A stretch of DNA of 64,000 nucleotides from the human T2T-CHM13v2.0 reference genome, Homo sapiens, in the NCBI RefSeq assembly GCF_009914755.1, contig NC_060929.1; one strand, given 5' to 3'. The notes beneath the pieces were generated by a model. The model saw only the letters and a program-made list of their open reading frames with translations. It was not told the DNA's origin and did no database searches. This document shows, piece by piece, positions 11,756 to 32,118 of this stretch (position 1 is the first letter of the stretch; the number at the start of each line of letters is the position of its first letter). The translations under genes and the position numbers were made by a program.

Positions 11756-12788
11756 CATATCTGAGTATGGTGCCTAAATTGGCTTCATCATAACAAAGGT
11801 AATTTTACCTCCATTTCACAGACGAGGAAACAGAAACTTGGAGTTCAGTAAATTTAAAGTCACACAGCTATTAATCATGCCCATACTTAGTATTTCTATG
11901 TCTAACAAATTTTAGGTATGGGGATCCAACCTGCTTCAGTACAAGAGAAGAAGGATTGGGTAGTTTGCACAGCCAGAGTTTACTTGCTTTGTTTGTTTGG
12001 TGTTGGGTAGTGGATTGAATTAGAATTCATTTTCAGAGCCTCTCCAAATTCTAAACTCCTTTCTGCTAGATTATGCAGTATTTAGGAACTCAGTGATCTT
12101 GATCTCACTCCAAAATATATCAGCATATGGATATAAACCTATCATTCTTGTCCACTGAGATTGTCAACATATACCTGATTTTTTAAATGAAAGTCAAAAG
12201 CCTATAGATTGGCTCCATACACAAAGTGGCAAAACTGAGTCTAATAGATTTAAGGGATGCTGATTTATCAGGGTATAGCTAAAAGGAAGTGAGAATGGCA
12301 AATCCTAAAACGCTGGCCTTGGATCCTTGAGCAAGTCCCCATGGCTATGTTTTTCATTTTTCATGCATTTATTCATTCATCAAATTTTTTGTTTGCCTCC
12401 AATAAGCCAGGCACAGATTGAGTGGGGAAGAAAATAACTAGGAATAGCGGATAGAGGCTGATCTCTCCATGCCCTATTATCTCTTTGTCATTTCTGCAAC
12501 CTTTCCTACCTCAAATATGCCAATTATTCCAGAAAATTCTATTCAAGCCCTCAAAATAGAGAACATCTAAAATACAAACATCTTGTAAATTAAATGCCTA
12601 GGGTAAGAGAAAAGGGAGAGAAATGAATACATAACACCTCCCAAAGGAAGGATTGCTCTCACTTAAATTCTAGGCTTCCATTCTATAAGTTATCAGTAAT
12701 ATCTGTATTTATGATTTATATACTTGATTTATATATTTATAATTATGATTTATGTATATTTATCTAGAAAATGTTAAATTATTAATAG

Positions 12789-19409
<6,621 letters not shown>

Positions 19410-19705
19410 TTTTTCTTTTTTTTTGAGACGGAGTCTCACTCTGTTGCCCAGGCTGGAGTGCAGTGGCATTGTCTTGGCTCACTGCAAACTCCAGCCCTGG
19501 GTTCAAGTGATTCTTCTGCCTCAGCCTCCTGAGTAGCTGGGATTACAGGTATGAGCCATGACACTCAGCTAATTTTTGTATTTTTAGTAGAGATGGGGTT
19601 TCACCATGTTGGTCAGGCTGGTCTTGAACTTCTGACCTCAGGTGATCCATTTGCCTTGGCCTCCCAAAGTGCTGGGATTACAGGTGTGAGCCACTGTGCC
19701 CAGCC
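19410..19705 (-). mobile_element. Alu (AluSx-type) abutting the L1 5' end
   Basis: Complete Alu. It is followed by AATTTATCTTT (19708-19718), which also occurs at 13111-13121. Confidence 0.95.
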
Positions 19706-19950
19706 AAAATTTATCTTTATAGATATATTTGAACATGTGCCAAAAGATATTTGCTATAGCATTGTGTAAAATAACAGAAGTCAGAAATAATCTAAGTGTC
19801 CATGAATATGGAACTGATGAAATAAAGTATATTTCTATAGTGGAATACTCTGCAGCCATCAATAAGACTGAAGTAGAACTAGAGATCGACTTTTACAGAT
19901 CTTACATGGGGCAATTTTAGCACTTTGTTAAGTGAGAAAATTCAAGGGTC
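19706..19950 (+). mobile_element. Old L1M (L1ME/MC-like) fragment, continuous with ~12785-12826
   Basis: ATGCCCTTTGGCCTAACAATCCCGATCCTAGGAATTTATC...TATAGCATTGTG...CTAAGTGTCCATGAATA...TGGAATACTCTGCAGCCAT resembles the L1M ORF2 3' region. Confidence 0.6.
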
Positions 19951-20379
19951 TTCTGTATGTCAATATGATGCTATTATTTGATAATAGCCCATGAGGTGGG
20001 AAAATTTATAAAGGAAACAAAAAAAGAAAGAAATGTTTCTTTCTCATTATTGAAAAGCTAGATGAAAAACCCTGAATTTGTGCTGTATGCCCTGAACATG
20101 AGTCTAAAAGGCAAATTGGTTCCTTATATTAATATAGATCTCTACAGTCAGCTAAACGTTTTAATGCTTATGATGTGGCTGAGATAAGCAGGGGCATAAA
20201 TCAGGAGTCAGACTGCCTGTGGGTTCCCACCAGGTACTGTCCTTGCTTTTTCTCTGGGTGAAGCAGGAAGGAGTGTGAGGAAAGCAGAAGAGAGTTCAGA
20301 AGAGTCTGGTGGAAACAAAATGGGGAAGGGGCGGTAGAAAGCGTGAGACAAGGGCACTACACGCCTTTGTCTCTCCATC

Positions 20380-20535
20380 GATCTCTCTCTGGTCTCTATC
20401 TGGTCTCTCTATCTGATCTTCTCTCAGCAGGAACACCTCCCAGTCTGGAGATGCTGTGGATCTCTCTCTGGTCTCTATCTGGTCTCTCTATCTGATCTTC
20501 TCTCAGCAGGAACACCTCCCAGTCTGGAGATGCTG
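20380..20535 (+). repeat. Perfect 77-bp tandem duplication (period 79)
   Basis: 20380-20456 is identical to 20459-20535, separated by TG. Confidence 0.97.
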
Positions 20536-21806
20536 CCCCATGGCCCATATTTGGAGCTGATGTGCTGAAGGATAGAGAGGAAGAGAAAGCTGTAGTTCCT
20601 CACCAGAGCCAAGCAGCCCCTCTGAGAGGGTGAGTCAACCAGGCATCCCCACAGCCTGTCCCAGCAACTTTATGTGCCTGGCATTTAGGGTTCATTAATC
20701 ATTCAGTGGGACAGATTCATTGTAGCCAAATAGCTCTGTGTCACCATTTCCCTTGTGAATAGAATGTGAACATAATTAAATATTTGCAAAAGGTGGGCGA
20801 CAGATGGGCTGTTCAGAACAGCCTCATTTATGGTCATTAAATCAGCCTTTTTGAGAAAGAGCACCTGGAATGGGGATGGTCTCCTTCTGGGAAGGAATTG
20901 TAAACCCCACACTATCTGGTGTCCGGTTCAATGAGCTTTCCCAGAATCCCAAGCGACTTTCCCACAGTCCCCCGCCCAGGTCCCCAGGTCTCCCCTCCCT
21001 AACCCACATGCCACTGTAGATCCTACTTTCTTTCTCTCCCTGTCTCTGTACACAGGGACTCATCCAATACCGCTCAGGTCCTTCACTGCAGAGGAGCAGT
21101 TTTCAGCTCTTGGAGAGCAGACAGTAGGGGATATGGGCCCTTACCTCTGGTGGCATGATGCATAGTCACCTCTGCTTTAGCTTGGCCCATTCCTGAACCT
21201 TCTTCCTTTCTTAATTGTGCTTGGGAGTGAGGTACTAAACTACAAATATTGGTATACAGCTCGTTTGTGGAAGTAATAAACAGCTCTCATGAGAAGGCTG
21301 ATGTGCATTAGGCTCTGCGGGCATGGAGATGTCCCAGAGTCCTGGAATCTGCATGTCTGAACTGCAAGGGATGATGGAGGCCTAACTCCTCCTTTGGCAT
21401 GTTTGGGTCCTAAGTTCAAGAGTTGTGAAGTGCTGTCTAAGGATGCACAGCTGGTCCTCAACACAGCTGCACTGGAAGCCAGTTTGTTCAATTTCAGAGG
21501 TGTGCTTAGACACAGTGATTTGATATGTGGGTGGGGTGGGAGGAGGTTAATTTTCCAGGGAAAAGGGAGAGGCTCTACTTTGTGGTTTCTTTTATTCTGT
21601 GGTAACATTAGAGCCCTGCAGGAGTCAGACCCAAGGACACTAAATTCCTACATTAAACTCTGAGGGCTCATGCATTCCTTCACTCTCATCCTAAGGCACC
21701 CAGTCTCCTCTAGAGCTTCAGCCACAAATGATGCCATGCCACCCTCCCTGCCTCCCTCATGCATCCAGTCATCCCTCCTGAAGGCCTAGGGCCTCCTTCT
21801 CTCTGA

Positions 21807-22134
<328 letters not shown>

Positions 22135-22789
22135 AGGAGCTTTTTATACTCTGATGGAAGTGTTGGTAGATTCTGCGTGTCTGTCCTCTCTTTTCAACCT
22201 GCTTTAAGGAACTTGCGAGCCATGTTTGAAAAGGACAATGAAGGCTGGTGAAGCACAAGTGCCACAAGCTTCATAGGGGCCTCATGGGGACTAGAATCCC
22301 TGCAAATTTGACCTCCTGCTCCATGGCACCTGCTTTTCCTCAGGCTCCAGCAGAGGAAAAGTCACGTGGGTCAGGCCCTGCAGCAGGCGGCTCAGGGGAA
22401 AGCTTGAGTGGAAACAGGCTGGCTTGTGCTCCTGTTCTCGCTTGATTTGCTTCTTTTCTTCTTTGTCCATCTCTGACTTGCAGCCTTTAGCTCCAAGCTG
22501 ATTTCTGCTGCACCATCTAGGAGTGTGGCATTAGAGGAGATGGGCTACTGGGAGGTCTAAAGTTCCTACTTCTGCCACTATCAACTATAGGCCAAAATAT
22601 TGAGGAAAAAGAATAAGATGAGAGATTTCAGTGAGATGTGGGAAAGAACTTTTCAATCATTCTGGTACCTACAGCCATCAGCACACTCAGAATTTTTGAA
22701 ACTCTATCCAGAAAGCCTTAAGGGATGGCACAGGAGGAATCTGTATCATTTAGTTTAGGTGTGATTCTGTTCTGAGGTGGAAGGATATA

Positions 22790-23495
22790 TTACAGCTGTG
22801 TTTTCCAAACATGGTATTGTATGCATCCAATGAATCATATATGTATTAGTCCGTTCTCACACTGCTGATAAGTACATACCCAAGACTGGATAATTTACAA
22901 AGAAAAAGAGGTTTAATGGACTCACAGTTCCATGTGGCTGGGGAGGCCTCACAATCATGGTGGAAGACAAAAGGCATGGCTTACATGGTGGCAGGTGAGA
23001 GAGAGTGAGAGCCAAGTGAAAGGGGAAACCCCTTCTAAAACCATCAGATCTCGTGAGACTTATTCACTACCATGAGAACAGTATGGGGGGAATTGTCCCC
23101 ATGATGCAATTCTCTCTCACCTGGCCCCTCCCACAACACATGGGAATTATGGGAGCTACAATTTAAGATGAGATATTGGTGGGGACACAGCCAAACCATA
23201 TCAATGTATAAAGTGTTAGATGATATATGGATCAACATTGCTTATTTTAATATTAAATATCCTAATTTTAATTAACCAAATAAATATCCTAATTTTAATA
23301 TGTATTAGAAAAAAGTATAACTAGCACAACTAAATTCTAATTTTATAGTTATTATAGCCTAGGATGAGGCTAAATAAAGGTGAATCAATGTATAGTTGAT
23401 TTAGGAAAAAATATTAAATGAATACAATTATAGGCATGATGCAGGAATGGCAAAAACCACAGAGGTGGCACACAGAGGGCAGAAGCCAGGGAAAT
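22790..23495 (+). mobile_element. hAT-Charlie DNA transposon relic (Charlie4-like), split by the THE1 LTR
   Basis: ATGTATTAGAAAAAAGTATAACTAGCAC...CCTAGGATGAGGCTAAA...ATGGCAAAAACCACAGAGGTGG resembles the Charlie4a 3' half. Confidence 0.55.
22842..23203 (-). mobile_element. THE1 (THE1B/C-like) solo LTR
   Basis: TGTATTAGTCCGTTCTCACACTGCT...GGGGACACAGCCAAACCATATCA. Flanks ATATA/ATGTA form a 5-bp TSD with one mismatch. Confidence 0.92.
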
Positions 23496-24319
23496 GGTGG
23501 GCTCTGTGACAGAGCTCCCACCCTAGTTTCTCGCTCCCATAACCCTTGTAAGAGTCTCAGCATCATTTAGATATTGAAGGTCTCCTTTCACCAACTGTCA
23601 GTGTTAAAGGCATCGTGACAGGAAAGATTTTGCCTGGCTAATGTGAATTTCAGGTGCTTGGTGAGGAGGCCCCTCAGCCCGACCTGGGTAATGAAGAGCT
23701 CTTCTCCCTGGCAGCGGAGGCTGCTCATCATCTGCCATGCAGCGTTGGGTGCACAGCCACTGATGAAGATAGAATGACCAGGCCTGCAGCATTATTAATG
23801 CCAGCGTCGGATCTTTGAGCATCTGTAAGTGAAACAGTGACATGCCCTTCACTTAAGCCCAGGAGGACAATGAAAGCTAGCGTGCAGCTTGGATGCGAGC
23901 CAGAATCAGGCCTGTTGTCAGAGTAAAGAAATTCATTAAAGAAGATCTCATAGCAAGGGCTGAAGAGAGGAAAAAAAGAGGGGGTGGGTGCTGATGGAGA
24001 GGCAGCACATTAAAACTTTGTCCCTTGTGACAGGATGCACAAATGTCCCTGCCGCTTGAGGAGATTTATGACACAGAGGCCTGGGAGGGTTTTGTGAATG
24101 CTGCTGATTACCTAGCCACACATCTGTCAACCCTCCTACTCCCAAGTCATAGGCCCATTTGCCTTCTAGAATCAGAAGAAAGGGCTATCATGACATCTCT
24201 GTACAGGCAGTAAGATGGTAGAATTCCCATCAGGAGGGTGTGCACCCAACAGAGAATGAAGGCATCTCAAGTCCAGTACAGATAGTAAAATGATAGTTTG
24301 GGATCCAGATGTTAGTATG

Positions 24320-24693
24320 CCTCATACAAGTTTGCAAACTTAAAGGGGCAAGGCAAGTCATATAACTTGAAGTGTGCCAGGAATACAGGTGATAGGAAGC
24401 GCCAGAGATCATGCCGCCCACCTGGAGGGCTCCGTGCCCCATTTAAAGCGCAGCCACTGCTTAGCACCAGCCAATTGTTTCAATAAGGGAATTCAGGTCT
24501 TTGTTCCTAGGCCTCCTGAGGTTTCAGGAAAAGCTAGACATAGATATTTTTAAAATATATAAAATCTTCCAATTTGAAAACATTTAATTTACAGTTAAAA
24601 TTTTTTTTTTGAAATCTTAAAAAAAAAAAGAGAGAAAATACTAGGTGGATCAAACAAAACATATCCATGGACTGAATCTGGCCTGTGGGCCTC
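24320..24693 (+). mobile_element. MER102-like hAT DNA transposon, interrupted near its end by MLT1D
   Basis: CAGCCACTGCTTAGCACCAGCCAATTG...CAAACAAAACATATCCATGGACTGAATCTGGCCTGTGGGCC. Confidence 0.6.
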
Positions 24694-25202
24694 TGTGGTA
24701 GGCAGAATAATGGTTGCCCAAAGATGGCCATGTCCTAATCCCCAGAATCTGTGGATGTGTTATGTTACATGGCAAAGGAAAATTAAGGTTATAGATGGAA
24801 TTTAGTTGCTAGCCAGCTGACCTTGAGACAGAGAGGTCTCTGGATCACACAGGTGGGCCCCATGTAATCACAAGGATCCTTAAAAGTGGATGAGAGAGAC
24901 AGAAGAGTCAGAGACAAAGTGATCTGATGTGAAGAAGACGCAGTGCAACATTGCTGGCTTTGAAGATGGAAGGGGGCCATGAGCCAAGGAATGCAGGAAG
25001 CACTGGAAGCTGGCGAGGGCAGGGAAACAGATTCTCCCCTCCAGCCTCCAGAGAAGAACACAGCCCTGTTGATACGTTGATTTTAGTCCAGGAAAACCTG
25101 TTTTGGACTTCTCCACTACAGAACTGTAAGGTGATGAGTTTGTGTTGTTTAAAACACCAAATTTGTGTGAATTTGTTATGGCAGCAATAGGAAACTAGTA
25201 CA
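24694..25202 (+). mobile_element. MLT1D-like MaLR solo LTR
   Basis: TGTGGTAGGCAGAATAATGG...GTTATGGCAGCAATAGGAAACTAGTACA. Confidence 0.85.
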
Positions 25203-25559
25203 GTCTGTATTTTCAAACTCTGATATAGAGATTGAGAGGGGGAATGGTAAATACAGTGAAAATAGAGGAATACTGTAAAACTATTTGTTTTACAAATAGA
25301 AAAAATATTTGTCTTTTCTAATAATGAGGGATAAGTGCAGAGGATAAATGCTAGGCTTGGCTGCTTAAGTTCCTTAGTGGCCATTTTGATTAAAAAATAC
25401 CTGCCCAGTTAAGCAGATGCATCTGAACTTTTGACTATGAGACACCAAGGCCAATACCCGGGGCAGTTTTTGGATCAATGGCTCAGGGGATCTCTAAGTC
25501 AATAGTACCCAGTTTACAGTGGCAGAGATCCTTAGTGTTTACCACTATCTGTGAGGTCT

Positions 25560-25850
25560 GCTGTATTTCTCTGCCTCCCTTGTGGCTGGGTTGGGGCCAT
25601 ATGGCCAAAGGGGTGTGGGCAAAAGTGACAGAGGCTACTTTGAGGCCTGATCCTTCAATAATCCCATATGATTGCCTCACTCTTTCCCCACTATGGTCAC
25701 CCTGGAGGCCTTGTATTCCAGATGATTAAGCTACAAGATAGAGAAGGGCTGTTCCACCTGTGCCATAAGCAAGAAATATACTTTTGTTTTGTTGAACCAC
25801 TAAGATTCTGGGACTGTCTGTGGCAACATTATGTACTCATTAGTTACTGA
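25560..25850 (+). mobile_element. MLT1I-like MaLR LTR fragment
   Basis: GGGGCCATATGGCCAAAGGGGTGTGGGCAAAAGTGAC...GCAAGAAATATACTTTTGTTTTGTTGAACCACTAAGATTCTGGG. Confidence 0.55.
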
Positions 25851-26049
25851 GTCTACAAAATGAACAAAACAAGATGGCAGAGTGGATGTGGAGAGACAAG
25901 TGAGTTGAAAACCCAGGAGAGATGTGTGCAATGGTTCAGAGTAGGACCATGTTTTGCCAAGTGTGATCTGTAAATCTCTAATGAAGACTGAACACAGGTA
26001 GGGGGCAAACAGAACATTAAAAAAAAAGTTCATAAGCATGCATTTATTT

Positions 26050-26245
26050 GACTATGTATTAGAAAATATTTTATCCAGCCTATATATCCGCCCTGTAATT
26101 TCATAGATATTTTTTGCCTAGGAGTCAACTAGGAGTTATATATTTTAGGTATAAAAATTATTAAATAAAAATATACAAGTGGTATATAGGTATGGAAGAA
26201 AAATGTGAAGGTGGCATTCGAATAACTGAAATTTGGGGACGATGG
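26050..26245 (+). mobile_element. Charlie4-like DNA transposon fragment
   Basis: GTGGTATATAGGTATGGAAGAAAAATGTGAAGGTGGCATTCGAATAACTGAAATTTGGGGA resembles the Charlie4 terminus. Confidence 0.5.
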
Positions 26246-27029
26246 AAGTAGGCATAGGAAAATAAAGATGGGTTGCAGTATATCACTGGAAAGAAAAGAC
26301 AGCCACCATGGCCACTATAGGTCAGAAACATTTTTTAGATCTAAAATTCTAGGACTTAAAGGAGACCTAAAACTACCAGCTCCTTGTTGCCTATAAAATC
26401 ATGTCCCACTTCTTATTCCTGGCATTCAAGACATTCTAGATATCTGATATCTAACAATAGCTTAACTTGCCAGTTTAATTTCTGTTGATCTGTGTACATG
26501 ATTCTACCCCCGAATTCCACCCAACTTGTAAGGCACAGCTCAAATCCCATTTCCTCCATGAAGCTTTATGATATTGCCCCCAAATAAAAGTGATTTTACC
26601 TTCTTTAAAAGTCTTAGGGCACCTATTCCTGGTACCACCCAGACATTTGGTCTTTAAGTAGAGTTACTTGTGTAAGCATCTTGCCTTCCCATTTAAATTG
26701 TAAGCTCCTGAAGAAGATTAATTTCATTAAATTTTTCGTACTTCCTGATAATTTTCAGGAACATCAACATATTCATTGTTACTTTTTGTTGTTAAGACAT
26801 CTGTTTCTCATACTTCAGAGCTTTTCAAAACACAAGCCAAAAATTGCTAGATATAGCAGAATTGAGCTTTCCTCTGACATGAGGATAATTTATTAAGCTT
26901 TATGTTTGAAGAAATGTCTAGGCTTTAATGAAGATGGCTGTTGGGAATTTCACGAGGTTTGCTATTCTGTAGTTTATTAAAATGGTCAGACTGTTGGTGA
27001 AATGTTTTCAGGCAGGGTGTTCAAATAAT

Positions 27030-27340
27030 AGCAACTGCTTAAACAAATAGACCTCAAATTTAAATAACAGAATTTTATTTCTCACTTATCTAATAGTCAA
27101 AGCAAGTCAGCTTTCCTTGACTGACTGGAATGTGGTCGTCAGTGTGTGGTTCCTTCCGTCTCATGGAAGAGAATGGCTTAGCCATTCTCTAAGACCTTGT
27201 CATGTGTATCCAGCTGGCAAAGATAAAACAGAATGTCAGGCGATGACAACAGGATTGCAACTCACAGCCCATGGGTGAAAACTAGTTACATGGCCACAGC
27301 TAGATGTTATAGGGATAGGAAATGTAATCCCTAGGTTCTT
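27030..27340. mobile_element. Old ERVL/MaLR LTR fragment (LTR33-like)
   Basis: TTTATTTCTCAC...CTCACAGCCCATGGGTGAAAACTAGTTACATGGCCACAGCTAG...GGAAATGTAATC. Confidence 0.4.
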
Positions 27341-28479
27341 TCCATCACAATTCCTAATTGTGCATGCTCTCTAGTCCATAGTTAAGAATTAGGACAGCCC
27401 ACTAGCTGTCTTCCAGGTTTACCCACCACTTAATTTGACTTACAAAGAAATGTGGAGGGGTTTGGGAAATAATTGGAACAACAAAGGAAAACACGAGGGA
27501 ATAAGATGACCTGAGAAACAGGTGAAACATAAACAAAGCCCATCTGGAACCTTAAATTGCTCTCTTAATATTTTTAGGAGATGAAGAAAGCTCAGGTACT
27601 GGAGTGCAGGTATGCTGAGTTCTGGAATGGGAGAAGCATGGAGGGAGTGTGGCTCCTTTAGTTTGTGTGTTTCTAAGTAGATTTATTTTGGGATTCCCGT
27701 CAAGTGGAGGAGTAGAGTTGCCAGGCACTTCCATCTGGACAGCTGGCCAAGATATGCTGCTTCTGTGATTGTAACTACTGGATGTGGGAGAAAAGAGCAA
27801 ATAGCACTGGCACTCAGGTAGAACACTATTTTCTTTCATTGCATTTTCACCTGTTCTTTTATTTGAACTTTAAAATAATTTGGTGTAATAGGGAATGTTA
27901 CCATTTAACAGATTAGAAAAGTGAGGCATGGAAATGACCCAAGACCTCTCATTAATGTCTGAGTCAGGACTAGACCCTAAATTTCCCAACTCTACATTCA
28001 AGGCCAATTCTATTACAACACAATCTACTTTCTGGGAAATGGTTGGTTTTAGGCAAACATGAGAAACAGGTCAATTCTGTTCTCCAGTCTTCCAGATTTT
28101 CTCTTCTATATGCTTTTGCCATCTCAAAGATCAGTTCCCTAGTTTCAGTCAACACTTGCTCTTATTCCCTTGGTTGTGCTAACTTGTCCCTCTCCTATGG
28201 CCATTGGCTTTTTTTCCTAGGCTAAATCTAAAGAGATGTGGCTCTATGAGTGGGCATCCTATGGGAGGATCTTGGGAGCATGAGGGCCTGTTCCAGCACC
28301 TATGAAATGTAATTAGACAATCACATGCTCCATAAAGCCAGTTCTGCCCTCAGCCAGCATTGTCAGAACCATCACTTCTTGCCAAAGTAGAAATCACACA
28401 AGTCAAATTTTATAGCTGTGAAGAATTTTAGAAATCAGCCAATCTAGCTGTTTATGTTTTGGCAATAAATATATGAGTA

Positions 28480-29520
28480 CTTGAAAGACATTCCATTCCA
28501 CTAGTGATCAGAACAATGCAATTAAAACGAAAAGGTAGTTTTCCCTGTCAGATTGGCAAAACCAAAAATTTATCCAGTGTTAGAAGGGGTTTGGGAAAAT
28601 TGGCTCTCTTTTTATATTGTTGTATGTGTAGATTAGTAAATTTTTTTGGGGGGGGGTGGTACTTTGGCACATTTCAAAGCAAAAATTTAAATATTGGTGG
28701 ACATAGCAATTTTACATCCAAGAATCCCTATACCTACGGAGGTCCATAAAGTTATTTATGTTCATAAATAATTGTGATTAATTATAATGAAAAAATAGAG
28801 AAAACCTAAATGTATTTCAATGGAGGAAGGGTTAAATTAATTATGGAACATTTATATTGCCATATTGTGAAATTTTGTGAAATTATTAAAAAGAATGGGT
28901 TAAAAATGTAAAATGGTACAATTGCTTTGGAAAACACTTGGCAGTTCCTCAAAAAGTTAAACAAAGAGTTACCATATGACTCAGCAGAATATACCCAAGA
29001 GTACTGAAAACATATGCCAGCATAGAAACTTGTGCATGAATATTCACACAGCATTATTCATAATAGCCAACAAATAGAAACAACCCAAATGTCCATCAGT
29101 TGATGAATGAATAAGCAAAATGTTGTATATTCATAAAAAGAAATATTATTTAGCCATAAGAATAAGTATTGATGTATGCTACAGTGAGGTTCAACCTTGA
29201 AAATATTAAACTAAGTGAAAGAAACCAGGCACAAAAGGCCACATATTGTATGATTCTATTTATTTGAAATGTCTGGAAGAGGCAAATCCATAGAGACAAA
29301 ACACAGATTGATAGCTTCCAGGGACTGGGGAGAGGAAGAGAATGAGGAGTGACTGCTAATTGGTATAGGGTTTCTTTTGATGATCATTAAAATATTCTGG
29401 AATTAGATAGTGGTAATGGTTGCACAACTTTGTAAATAATATACTAAAAACTAATGAACTATACACTTTAAAAGGGCAAATTTTATGGTATTTGAATTAT
29501 ATAATATCTCAGTAAAAAAG
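28480..29520 (+). mobile_element. Old L1M fragments, including an L1MB-type 3' end (~28900-29520)
   Basis: GTAAAATGGTACAATTGCTTTGGAAAAC...GAATTAGATAGTGGTAATGGTTGCACAAC...AATTTTATGGTATTTGAATTAT. Confidence 0.75.
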
Positions 29521-29955
29521 AATGAATTAGATTTAGTTGTCTGAAATTGAGAGATGTCTCTGGTCCATTGTAGGGTTAAGGAACAAGTTGTGGAACAGTA
29601 TACAGCCTATTCTTACAACATAACAAAACAAACTATATCAGTCATGGTCCAACCAGAAAAATAGAAAGCCCTTTAAATATTTAAAACAGAGGAAATTGAA
29701 TTCAGGGAATTGATTGAAAAGGTAAAAGGTACCCTACAAACTTAAGAGATAATATTATCAGAGCCCAGATGCTGAGGCCACTTATTGTGAGCAGGAACCA
29801 CAGAGGGTCTTTCCAATGGGAGCTGAAGCCATAGAAAAATTGCAGCTACCACCAGAGATGCCACAACAACCAGGGTGACGGGGAGAAAGGCTTTTGGCTT
29901 CTCTCTTCCTCCCACCCTCCAGTCTTACCCTATCACCTTGCCCCTGCCTCCCCGC

Positions 29956-29983
29956 CACACACACACACACACACACACACACA
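29956..29983. repeat. (CA)n microsatellite
   Basis: Direct read. Confidence 0.95.
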
Positions 29984-32118
29984 TTGTTCATATCTACTTG
30001 GAAGCCAGAGGGAAAGAGAACCTGAGAAACAGTTCCCAGAATAGAGAAAATGTGGACCAAAGCATGGATATAAAAACAAACAGGCAGTTTCCCTACATGA
30101 TCAACCCCTTTTGCAACCTGGCATTTATTCTTATTTGCCTAGCGAGGCATTTGTCATACAAATCAAACTGTTCTCACTCTCTCCCAACAAGGGGAGACCC
30201 AAGGTCCCACTGGTTGTCATATCCATTTCAAGTGCATGATTTCCAACTGAAATTATCCTTCCCAAAGGTCTGGATGCTGCTTCTCCTAGTCTAGATGCCT
30301 ATTGACTTAGTTGAAAAGTTAAATATCACCAACAATCATCATTTTAAAAAAAGGGAAAAGGAAAGTAAAAGGAAATAATTGAATAATATAAACCTAACAA
30401 AAATATTTATAGCTGCTAGGGTCCTCATTTCTGTCATTGGTCATGAGACAACAGTTAATTTTTATAACTTCCTCTTTCTATCACCCATTCTCTGCCACCT
30501 TGCCCTTACTCAGCACACCACCTGGTTGGGGTCCTTGACCTGCTGGGGCAACTGAAAACACAATTCCTAAAGACTCTGAGTCTTTAGTGGCCATGCCTTT
30601 GTTGGATTGTTGTAGTCTTCTATTGATCTTTACTTGGAAGTAATAAGAGGCATCTCAGCATATCTTCTGGCTCCAATGATGGCCTCTTTACCTCCATTGT
30701 GTAGTAACAACCCAATTTCCCCCTTGTTAATTTAAATCGATTTCATTTTCTGTGTTTTGGTGCAGTGACATGAGGAAATCCAAATAGCTAGATGGCGGTT
30801 TCCCCTTCTACTTCCTGTCAAAGCAGTCCTCACCTGGAGACAACTCCAAGATTGCAGGAATAGGAAGCAAATCTCTAAGAATAGGTATAATAGTTAATGG
30901 GGTCGATTCTTATTCCTTGGTTCCCAGACTCATGTGTTCTGGCTACAGAAGAAAGAGCACCAACAGTTTGTTGCAGTTAAAAGCATATATTGCATTCTAT
31001 AGCTTGGTACCAAACCTCACACTTTAACTGAGTCTGCAGTGAGCCATTCCATCAGGCCAGCTGCTTCTGGACAATTGAGGAATATGGTAAGGCTGGTAAA
31101 TTCCATGAGTGTGAAGCCATTGCTGTACTTCCTTCAGTATAAAATGTATTACTTGCTCAGAATGTTATGTGAGATACCATGATGATAAATGAAGAACTCC
31201 TTAAGACAGTTCCCTAAGAACTCCATGGACAGTGGTGCTGACAGAAGAATGCAGAGCTCATTATACCAGGGAAGTTTTGGCATCCTGATGTAACTGAGTG
31301 TAGGCAGTTGAATCCAAGTTTCAGTCAACCAATCAAGAAAACTGCAGAAACTGTTTCCAGCTGCATGAGCTAGAACATTGTCTGGAATCTTGAGTAAGTG
31401 AATCCTTATTGATAAATTCAGCCTCGTCTCATGTTATTTTCTATTCTTGGACTCTCATCCTTACAATTTACTTGCACAGCTGTTCTCCAGGTTCCTGCTC
31501 ATAAGAATTAGCATGATCTTACATTTCCTTTGGTGCATAAAATATTTTTTCCCAGAACGGATGTTGTTGTCCTCCCCTGAGAGTACAGTGGTGTCTAATT
31601 CTATTTATGCATCCAGAGCAATGAGAACTCACAGGAGTAGGTCTGGAGGAGAATAATATCCCATGGCAGGAAGCTGCCTGAGATATGATCATTACATTAG
31701 AGACTTTAAGTAAGGGAAGGCTAGCTTCCACAGACAGGAGAAGCTGGTCTGGCTCCACAGAAAGGGGGCCCAGAGGGATTTGTCAGTTCAAGCTTCTAAG
31801 CATTGGCAAACTACCCAAATGTCCTCTCAAGACTCGGGATCCCATGTCTTCTCAACTAATGGCCTAACATTAGCCTATGAGATGTGGCTAGATTTTGTGT
31901 TAGTTTACATTGTAACTTGCAACGTGCACAATCAGATTTTGGGCCAAATCTTCAGCTGTCCACTCAGTGGTTACTGGAAATAGATTATTTTAAGGATGCT
32001 AAAGAAACCCTTTGGTTCTGTAACTGTGCCTGAGCTGATAGTTTCTTTTCTGTAAGTGTTTGGCACCTTTAGAAGCAGGAGCCACCCAATAGCTTATACC
32101 TATTGAGTGAACGAGTTA

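Noticed and set aside
11554-11793. ORF with repeated peptide MKRISSDTEKTDTRYICF
   Set aside because: By-product of the 69-bp DNA duplication; no coding support.
20380-20535. CRISPR-like direct repeats
   Set aside because: Only two adjacent copies with no unique spacers and no cas genes, in eukaryotic DNA.
23254-23299. 19-bp direct repeat TAAATATCCTAATTTTAAT with an 8-bp spacer
   Set aside because: Local slippage duplication in an AT-rich DNA-transposon relic.
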